56,198 nt of DNA from an uncultured archaeon (GTDB taxonomy: Archaea; Iainarchaeota; Iainarchaeia; Iainarchaeales; GCA-2688035), in the NCBI GenBank assembly GCA_964569815.1, contig CAZMUN010000003.1, positions 1-56,198 on the forward strand, in the 5' to 3' direction. Positions 27,587 to 34,310 of this stretch are shown in pieces. Made by a program: the position numbers and the translations under genes. The number at the start of each line of letters is the position of its first letter. Positions within the stretch are counted from its first letter, which is position 1. The notes below the pieces were generated by a model. The model was not told the DNA's origin and did not search any database. It saw only the letters and a program-made list of their open reading frames with translations.

Positions 27587-27814
27587 ATGCCAAAAATGCC
27601 TGAAGTAAAAAAAACCATTTCTTCCTACCTCTCGGAGGAAAACGGCCGAATCACAAAACACACTGTTTTAACACTTGGCGCGATAATGGCCGCATCGGCC
27701 CTGGCCTCAATACACTTCAGGAACGCGGCAGCTCAAACCAAGCACAAGCACACCCACATGTCTACCAGGCCGCCTCCGCCCCATGCCTCACACGGCTCAC
27801 ACGGCTCATACTAA
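27587..27814 (+). CDS. His-Xaa-Ser repeat precursor-like peptide (HxsA-like), 75 aa
   Basis: MPKMPEVKKTISSYLSEENGRITKH, then the hydrophobic helix TVLTLGAIMAASALASI, then a His-rich tail KHKHTHMSTRPPPPHASHGSHGSY containing HMS, HAS, HGS and HGS. The 9-nt unit cacggctca occurs twice in tandem (27791-27808). ATG 27596 and the track start 27536 are alternative starts. Confidence 0.6.
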   Translation: MPKMPEVKKTISSYLSEENGRITKHTVLTLGAIMAASALASIHFRNAAAQTKHKHTHMSTRPPPPHASHGSHGSY

Positions 27815-27865
27815 TTTGTGGCAATCCCTATTCATTTTTATTGACTTCAACCAACTATCCTAGTT

Positions 27866-28846
27866 ATGGCCCTCAAAAAGCCGCTTGAAATAAAAATACA
27901 GTTAACGGAAAAATGCAACTTTGACTGCGGCTTCTGCTTCAACAAGCAAGGCTATCAAAAAGCAGGCGAAATGGCTTCAAGCACGGCCAAAAAGGCAATA
28001 GAGAAAACAGCTGAAGAGGGAATTGAAGCAATCCGCTTAACAGGCGGTGAGCCATTGCTCCACCCAAATTTAGTCAAGCTTTTGGCCCTTGCAAGAAGAA
28101 AAGGCCTCTACACCATGCTAAACACAAACGCCTCAATGGTGAATGAAAAGAATGCCAAAGAGATAGCTGAAAACAGCGACAACATCCTTATCTCAATGCA
28201 TTCCCTGGAGCCAAACAAAAGCACCCTTAAAGCCATAAAACTTTTCTCAAAGCACGGAAGCTTTCTTAGGGCAGCCACAATTCTCACAAAAGAAAACATT
28301 GAAAACCTGGAAAAATTCCATTCAGCTGTTTCCAAAACGCCTTTCAGCCAATGGGTTTTGCTAAGGCAAATACCCAATGCCCTCAACAAAAAACCCGTAA
28401 CAGCAGAAGAAATGGCCAAAGCTGTTGAAAAAATAAATTCATTCAACAAAGGCAGGGCAAAAAAAGACCGCTTTCTTATTGAAAACGCTTTGCCCTTCTG
28501 CTGCCACAAGCCAAAGCTTGTGGAAAAAGCCTGTTTGGGGGGAATGCATGAAGACGGCCACAGCAGCCTTTTTGCAAGCCCAAGCGGGAAAATAAAGCCA
28601 AGCTATTTTTTTGATATTCCGCTTGGCACGGTTGAAAAAAGCGCCTTTTTGGAAGCCTGGGAATCCGATTTTATGAAAAGGATGAACAGCCTTGAATTCA
28701 TTCCTGAAACCTGCCACGAATGCAAACATGTCCTGAAATGCATGGCAGGAAGCCGTTTCTCTGCCTTTTTTTCAAAAAACACTCTCTATGCCTTGGACCC
28801 TCTGGCCAAACCCCTTGAATTTGAAAAAGAGCTTGGCCTCGCATAA
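27866..28846 (+). CDS. Radical SAM protein with C-terminal Cys-rich (SPASM/twitch-like) region; second maturase of the cassette (HxsC-like role proposed)
   Basis: CNFDCGFC cluster, TGGEPLL, and C-terminal CCHKPKLVEKAC ... CHECKHVLKC. TATA-like TTTTTATT (27835-27842) lies 23 nt before the ATG. Confidence 0.8.
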   Translation: MALKKPLEIKIQLTEKCNFDCGFCFNKQGYQKAGEMASSTAKKAIEKTAEEGIEAIRLTGGEPLLHPNLVKLLALARRKGLYTMLNTNASMVNEKNAKEIAENSDNILISMHSLEPNKSTLKAIKLFSKHGSFLRAATILTKENIENLEKFHSAVSKTPFSQWVLLRQIPNALNKKPVTAEEMAKAVEKINSFNKGRAKKDRFLIENALPFCCHKPKLVEKACLGGMHEDGHSSLFASPSGKIKPSYFFDIPLGTVEKSAFLEAWESDFMKRMNSLEFIPETCHECKHVLKCMAGSRFSAFFSKNTLYALDPLAKPLEFEKELGLA

Positions 28847-28854
28847 TAAAGAAC

Positions 28855-29550
28855 TCATTCAAAAAAGAAAAGGCAGTGGTATTCCTCGTTTTCATTTTTT
28901 GCAATGCAGCCGTTCACATAAACAGGCACTGCAGCAAAACAGTGCTCTGAGCAGTGCTCAACGCATGCCCCCAAATTCTGGGAAACGGCCCTTTTCGCTG
29001 CCTCCAAATCTGTCTCTGCGGGCTCCATTCCGCAGAACTGCTTTGCCTCAGTAAAATGCCCTATGTCGCAGCTGTCATTCCAGTTAACTTCCGCTTCCAA
29101 GGCACCAAGGCTCTGGCAAATGTTCGCGTTAACATTTTCAGCACCGGCTTCGCAAACCGAGCCAAGCTCATCCAAACCATTTATGCCAAGCTTGTATTTC
29201 AAAACATTGAGCTGGGTGTCGGCTTCCTCTAGGGAAGCTGTCTGAAAAATGCTTGCCTTTTCCACAAACCCTTGCCTTTGCCCAAAACTCATGTAGCTCT
29301 CCCTGAAAAAATCCTTCTTTATCCACAAAAGCTTTTGGAGCCTTTCAAGGCCAGCCATATCCAAATCCTGGCCCTGAAGCTTTTCTATTTCCGCGTCAAG
29401 AATTGCCTGGTTTGCAGGCTGCAAAAAGCCAGGGTAAGGCCTTGAAAGCCGCTCTTCCAGAAAAACCCTCTCCAGGTTAACTGAAAGCCAGACAAGGCCG
29501 GCAATAAACACGATCAAGGCCGCTGAAACCATTGCATTCTTTGCCTTCAT
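28855..29550 (-). CDS. N-terminally anchored Cys/His-rich protein (hypothetical)
   Basis: TM helix MVSAALIVFIAGLVWLSV. Nine Cys in the last ~100 residues, including CVEHCSEHC. No family recognised. Confidence 0.55.
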   Translation of the reverse strand: MKAKNAMVSAALIVFIAGLVWLSVNLERVFLEERLSRPYPGFLQPANQAILDAEIEKLQGQDLDMAGLERLQKLLWIKKDFFRESYMSFGQRQGFVEKASIFQTASLEEADTQLNVLKYKLGINGLDELGSVCEAGAENVNANICQSLGALEAEVNWNDSCDIGHFTEAKQFCGMEPAETDLEAAKRAVSQNLGACVEHCSEHCFAAVPVYVNGCIAKNENEEYHCLFFFE

Positions 29551-29745
29551 ATCAAGCTAAAATAAGGCTTAAACCACTTTATTACTTTTTGCCAAAAATG
29601 CAAGCGAAATAAATGGCTAGTGAGATTCCCTTGCTATACTGAATTTATTGGAGTGTTCCTTGCCCTGAACCGGAACCAAAATTGGAAAACCGCGCAGTCA
29701 GGGTGCTGGACTTGGAGGGCAACCTGGTAAAAACAGTCAACGAAT

Positions 29746-31035
29746 TCAACCTTGGCTAAAAAATTTTCTTGCAACCGCGTCGTAGAACAAAATCCCTTTG
29801 CTGCCAAGCTTGACCTGCCTTGAATTTACTTCAATAAGGCCAAGCCTTTCAAGCAAAGCCATTTTTTCGCCAAAGGCTTCCTCAAGCCCCAAGCCAAACT
29901 CTTTCCTGAACCAGGCCTTTTCAACACCGGAAGCGTTCTTAAGGCCCAAAGCCATTGCTCTTTTCATCCTCTCCCTCAAAGAAAGTTTTTTTCCGTTTAC
30001 CACTGCAAAGCCTTTTTCTTCAAGCTGCCTGAAGTAATCGCTTGTTGGAAAATCGTTGTTGTAGTCCCATTCCAAAAAATAGGAGCAGCTGCTTGCTCCA
30101 AAGCCAAGAATTTCTCCGTTGTGCCACTGGTTTTCCAAAAAAGCCATCCTAAAACCGGGCTTGACAAACTGGTAGGGAAAGGACATCTCATAGCCCAAAG
30201 AAAGCATTTTTTCAACGAACATTGAATGCATTTCAACCAATTCAGATTCAGAGGCAAAGCTTTCCCTCGGCATTGAAAAAAACCCAGTGCCCTTCTGTAC
30301 CCGCAAATCCGAAGCGGTAACAGATTCAGGCTGCAGCTCTTCAACAGCATCCAAAGTTTTATTCCAGCCGCCAAGGCCCTGCTTTGGCAGGCCGTAAATC
30401 AAATCTATGTTGACATTGTCAAAGCCGGCATTCCCTGCATCTTCTACAGCCTGAAAAGCCTGCTTCCTGCTGTGGTTCCTGTTGCACGCCTTCAAAACAA
30501 TGTCGTTAAAATCCTGTATGCCAATGCTGAGCCTGTTGAACTCCTGCCTCAGCATGCTCATCTTTTTCACATTCAGTGTTTCAGGGCTTGACTCAATTGT
30601 GGCCTCACACTTTCCCAAAGAAAAAACCTGCTTCAAAAAGCCCATAAGGCCATTCAGCTGCCCTGCTTCCAAAAAGGTAGGCGTGCCGCCTCCAAAAAGC
30701 ACGCTGCCAGCAGCAAGCTTTGGCTTCAAAACCTGGCTGTATGAAACCATTTCCTTCTGCAAGGCCCTAAGGTAAGCCTCGGTTTCCTTTTCTGATGCAG
30801 GAAGCTGCTTGAAGTAATGGCAATAGCTGCAGATGCTTGTGCAGTAAGGCAAGTGCAGGTAAAAAGCGGTTTTTGCCTCTTTTCTTGAATCCTTTTTCAG
30901 GTCGGCCAAAAAGGAATCAAAGTCAAGTGAAGGCATGCTGTCAGATTCAGGGAACCGGTAAACAAACCTGTGGTCAACGCTTTTCTCAATGCCTGCCTTG
31001 TGAAGCCTTTTCATCCCCTTTTCATCTAAACCCAT
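29746..31035 (-). CDS. HemN/HemW-like radical SAM protein (oxygen-independent coproporphyrinogen oxidase family)
   Basis: 429 aa. HLPYCTSICSYCHYF cluster, the family-typical GGGTPTFL, and a C-terminal HemN_C-like region. Confidence 0.85.
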   Translation of the reverse strand: MGLDEKGMKRLHKAGIEKSVDHRFVYRFPESDSMPSLDFDSFLADLKKDSRKEAKTAFYLHLPYCTSICSYCHYFKQLPASEKETEAYLRALQKEMVSYSQVLKPKLAAGSVLFGGGTPTFLEAGQLNGLMGFLKQVFSLGKCEATIESSPETLNVKKMSMLRQEFNRLSIGIQDFNDIVLKACNRNHSRKQAFQAVEDAGNAGFDNVNIDLIYGLPKQGLGGWNKTLDAVEELQPESVTASDLRVQKGTGFFSMPRESFASESELVEMHSMFVEKMLSLGYEMSFPYQFVKPGFRMAFLENQWHNGEILGFGASSCSYFLEWDYNNDFPTSDYFRQLEEKGFAVVNGKKLSLRERMKRAMALGLKNASGVEKAWFRKEFGLGLEEAFGEKMALLERLGLIEVNSRQVKLGSKGILFYDAVARKFFSQG

Positions 31036-31095
31036 TTACAGATTTTTCTGCAAAAAACATTATAAGAACTTCCAGGGAAAGCTTTTACTGGTTCC

Positions 31096-32058
31096 ATGAA
31101 GATTCTTTCGCCTCTCTGCAAAACAGAAGAAGTGAAGCCTTTGGCAGAGGCAGGGGCAGACGAATTCTACTGTGGCATTGTGGCAAAAGAATGGGAGAAG
31201 CGCTTTTCCTACATTGCCTCAATAAACCTAAGGCATGACAGGGTTGCAAACTTTCAAAGCCATGAAGAGCTCTCCAAAGCAGTTCAGACAGCCTCTGACT
31301 TGAAAAAGCCAGTTTTCTGCGTATTCAATGCGCCCTTCTATTCTGAGAAACAGCTGCCGCTGGCCCAAAAAGAGGTTTCCAAGGCAGTGGAAGCAGGCGT
31401 TTCCAAAATCATTGTTTCAGACATTGGCCTGATTTCAATGCTGAAAGAACAGGGCTTTGAAAAAGAAATCGCTTTGAGCACGGCTTTTCCTGCCTTCAAT
31501 TCGGCTGCCTTCCCTTTCTTCAAAAGCCTTGGAGTAAAAAGAATCGTGCTTCCAAGGCACCTTTCAGTGCAAGAAATTGTGGGCCTTGCCTCAAAAGCAA
31601 AAGAGCAAGGCCTTGAGCTTGAGGCCTTTGCACTTAACGCCTTGTGCCCTTACATTGACGGCCTTTGCACACTGCAGCACGTTGGAAAAAGCCAGCAAAG
31701 CCTTTCAACAAAAGAGCTTGCATGCAGGATGCCCTTTGAAACAAAAACATTCCCAAAAAACCAAGTGGCTTCTGCCCTAAGGGCCAAAATATGGCAAGAA
31801 ACTTTGACCACAAGCTGTGGCCTTTGCGCACTGCCCTTTTTTGAAAAAGCCGGCATACATTCTCTCAAAATTGCTGGACGTGCAAACCATTTGGAAAAAA
31901 AGCTCTCAGACGTTAAGGCAGTAAAAAAAGCCCTTGCGCTGATACCAAAGCTTTCAGAGCAAGATTTCAAGGAAGAAATGAAGAGGCTTTTCTTCAAAGA
32001 AAACCACCAAAGGTGCGATTTCAAAAGCTGCTACTACCCTGAGGAGGGCATGCAATGA
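31096..32058 (+). CDS. U32-family protein (peptidase U32 / UbiU-RlhA-TrhP-type Fe-S hydroxylase family)
   Basis: N-terminus MKILSPLCKTEEVKPLAEAGADEFYCG is typical of U32. LEAFALNALCPYIDGLCTLQ is close to the U32 signature ExFxxG[SA][LIVM]CxxxxGxCx[LIVM]S as I recall it. Confidence 0.8.
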   Translation: MKILSPLCKTEEVKPLAEAGADEFYCGIVAKEWEKRFSYIASINLRHDRVANFQSHEELSKAVQTASDLKKPVFCVFNAPFYSEKQLPLAQKEVSKAVEAGVSKIIVSDIGLISMLKEQGFEKEIALSTAFPAFNSAAFPFFKSLGVKRIVLPRHLSVQEIVGLASKAKEQGLELEAFALNALCPYIDGLCTLQHVGKSQQSLSTKELACRMPFETKTFPKNQVASALRAKIWQETLTTSCGLCALPFFEKAGIHSLKIAGRANHLEKKLSDVKAVKKALALIPKLSEQDFKEEMKRLFFKENHQRCDFKSCYYPEEGMQ

Positions 32059-32843
32059 CCAAAAAGGCAGTAGCGGTTGAAACACTTTCAGGCCTTGAAA
32101 AAATTTCCCAAAAAGGGCTTTCAAGGCTCTACTTTGGGCCTGAAACCTGTGAAAGAAAGCTTCCCTCTCTCCAAGAATTGGAAAAGGCAAAGGCCGCCTG
32201 CAAAAAAAACGACCTGGCTTTTTCTTTGATGACGCCTTTTGCAACAGACGCAGGCATAGAAAGAATAAAGCCCCTGCTAAAAGCCCTTTCCCCGGAAGAC
32301 GAACTAATTGTAAACGACTTCGGGGTCTTGCAGCTTGCTTCCCAAACAAAGGCAGAGCCTGTCTGCGGCCGGCTTTTGAACAAGCAGTTCCGCGACCCAA
32401 GAATTGCTTCCTTTCAAGCTTCCAATGAAATGCTTGAACACCTTTCACTCAGCCAGGCTTCAACCAAAGGGTTTAGGAAAACCCTTTCAGAATTTGGGGT
32501 CAAAAGAGTTGAGCTTGACAACCTGCTTCAAGGCATTGCCACAAGCCTTTCCCAAACAGGGTTTTCTGCTTCGCTTTATACGCCTTTTGTGTTTATTTCC
32601 GCTACCAGAATGTGCCTTGCATGCAATTCAAAAAAGCTTTCAGACTACAAGAAGATAGGGGTATTGAATTGCGGCAAAGAATGCCTTTCAACACATTTTG
32701 AGCAGACCAACAAGGCCTTTCCAAGGCCATTGCTTGTCTTTGGAAACGCGCTCTTTTTCGAAAACCCTTCCTTGCCAAACCAGGAAAGCCTCGAAGAAAA
32801 GGGAATAAACAGGCTTGTCTGCAACAATTCGCTAAAGCTTTAA
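32055..32843 (+). CDS. Second U32-like subunit (UbiV-like partner), translationally coupled
   Basis: ATGA overlap with the upstream gene, and GAGGAGGG 6 nt upstream. An N-proximal Cys (PETCERK) plus a C-proximal cluster CLAC-x15-CGKEC. TIM-barrel-like U32 N-terminal pattern (LYFGPETCE). Confidence 0.6.
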   Translation: MTKKAVAVETLSGLEKISQKGLSRLYFGPETCERKLPSLQELEKAKAACKKNDLAFSLMTPFATDAGIERIKPLLKALSPEDELIVNDFGVLQLASQTKAEPVCGRLLNKQFRDPRIASFQASNEMLEHLSLSQASTKGFRKTLSEFGVKRVELDNLLQGIATSLSQTGFSASLYTPFVFISATRMCLACNSKKLSDYKKIGVLNCGKECLSTHFEQTNKAFPRPLLVFGNALFFENPSLPNQESLEEKGINRLVCNNSLKL

Positions 32844-32870
32844 ATTTGCCTGATAAAAGCCCAGGCCCTG

Positions 32871-33614
32871 CTACAAAAAAAGTATTAATGCAATCAGTAC
32901 TGCAAGCAGAACCAGGCTTAGCCAAAAGCCAGGCCTTCTCATGATCTCGGGAAGCCGGCTTTTGCTTTCCTTGTGTGTTGAAAGCTTTTCCCCTGCAATT
33001 GCAGCAATCTCCTTGCTGTACTTCAGCCAAGCCCCAGGCTGCTTCAGTTCCTCCAACGTTTCCCTAGTTATTTCAACAAAGCCTTTCTCTCTTTCAGGAA
33101 CCTTTTCCTCGCCAAACACATCCCCGGAAACAGCGCTTATTTGCAACTGGTAGGTCTGCTTTGCAACGGTTACAAAAGCAATCCACATAGGGTAATAAAT
33201 CATTTCGAAGCCGGTTAAAACAATGTCTTCCCTGCCAACGGAAAGCATTGAAGCTGCCTTAAGCAAGGCAATCTTTTTTGCTTCCGGTTCCGAAAAAAGC
33301 GGTTTTCTCGCAATCAAGGGGTATTTGTCCGGAAGCTCTCTTACAAGCTTTGCATCGTCAGGAATCGAGTCAGCAAGCTCTTTGCCCAATTCAGCGGTTT
33401 CCCCGTTCAGGGCCAGCCTTCCCCTCTCGGTTTTCCCCTTTTCTTTGCCCTGCAATGCTGCGTCATAGTAAAAGAGGTAAAATGGCGTAAGAACAAGCTT
33501 TATTTCCCCTTTTTCAAACTTGCTCCATTTCCTTTCCCTGAGAGCCTTTTCAATTATTTCAGCCGCCTTTTCAAGCTGGACAGAAATCGGGAAAACAGGC
33601 TTGGCTACAAACAT
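32871..33614 (-). CDS. Tail-anchored hypothetical protein with two internal beta-rich repeats
   Basis: Repeat 1 is IKLVLTPFYLFYYDAAL...RGRLALNGETAEL. Repeat 2 is FEMIYYPMWIAFVTVAKQTYQLQISAVSGDVFGE. C-terminal TM helix FWLSLVLLAVLIALILFL. Confidence 0.5.
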   Translation of the reverse strand: MFVAKPVFPISVQLEKAAEIIEKALRERKWSKFEKGEIKLVLTPFYLFYYDAALQGKEKGKTERGRLALNGETAELGKELADSIPDDAKLVRELPDKYPLIARKPLFSEPEAKKIALLKAASMLSVGREDIVLTGFEMIYYPMWIAFVTVAKQTYQLQISAVSGDVFGEEKVPEREKGFVEITRETLEELKQPGAWLKYSKEIAAIAGEKLSTHKESKSRLPEIMRRPGFWLSLVLLAVLIALILFL

Positions 33615-33695
33615 GGTATAATTATAAGATGCAAGCCAAAATAAATAACTTTCCTCGAATGAAAGGCAAAAAAGAGCCCCTTTGGCTTAAAGAAT

Positions 33696-34055
33696 TCAGT
33701 GGGCCTCTTTCTTTTTGATGATTTTGACCTTGCTGGGCGTCACCAAGACATGGTCCTGGCTTATTCTTGCAATATCGCCGTCAATGCCGTCAATATTTGC
33801 CTTGATTTTTGTGACAAGCTCTTTCAGCTTTATTGCGTTTCTCCTGCTTAAGTCGCCAATGTTAAGCAAAACAATGTTGCCTGCCTTTGCTTCCTGCACC
33901 ACGACCTGGGTATCGGCTTCTGTTGCAAGCGTAACAGGCTTTACAAAGGCATCTGCTTCCTCGTAAACTGTTTCGTCTTCGGCGTCAAGGTTGTTCAAAA
34001 AGTCCTCTATATCAATTCCTTCCTCTTTCTTAAGCACTTTTTCCAAAAAAGCCAT
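33696..34055 (-). CDS. sepF: Cell division protein SepF (archaeal type)
   Basis: 119 aa. Short N-terminal amphipathic segment MAFLEKVLKK. Core VKPVTLATEADTQVVVQEAKAGNIVLLNIGDLSRRNAIKLKELV...GDIARISQDHVLVTP fits the SepF/DUF552 pattern. Confidence 0.75.
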   Translation of the reverse strand: MAFLEKVLKKEEGIDIEDFLNNLDAEDETVYEEADAFVKPVTLATEADTQVVVQEAKAGNIVLLNIGDLSRRNAIKLKELVTKIKANIDGIDGDIARISQDHVLVTPSKVKIIKKKEAH

Positions 34056-34310
34056 TTGTTCTGCACCCCCAAATTCGGATTATAACTAAATTTCCTACAA
34101 ATGTTCTTTAAAAGACTTCGCCCAAGTTAGAATACATAACATTCTTAGCCAAGGCGTTTGCAAAAAAGTAAGAAAACACTTGGCCCCCTGTCCAGGATGG
34201 TTTGCTTTTCAAATAAAGAATCTATTTTAATTTTCAGGACGTAATAGTTACACTCCCAATTTTTTTTAAAAATCTGATCAAATCGCAAGGCAAAGGAAGG
34301 TGGGTTTTTT
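34056..34310. other. Candidate replication origin (oriC) in the AT-rich spacer between sepF and orc1/cdc6
   Basis: The 255-bp non-coding spacer is long for this window and lies directly upstream of orc1. It holds a twice-repeated CCCCC-N6-GGAT element (34066-34080 and 34184-34198). The second copy contains the dyad CCAGGATGG, reminiscent of the ORB C-string plus dyad. T8 runs occur at 34260-34267 and 34305-34312. Confidence 0.35.

Noticed and set aside
27587-27700. HxS peptide leader considered as a Tat signal or a canonical class III (pilin-type) signal
   Set aside because: It has no twin-arginine motif. The residue before the hydrophobic helix is His rather than Gly/Ala, with no K/R-G junction. 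Only a non-canonical relation to the A24 peptidase is mentioned, as speculation.
29640-29745. Stop-free stretch in the 195-bp spacer downstream of the HemN-like gene, reading ...EPEPKLENRAVRVLDLEGNLVKTVNEFNLG*
   Set aside because: It has no ATG/GTG/TTG start with a plausible context and is only ~34 codons long. It could be a gene remnant, but I cannot support calling it a pseudogene.
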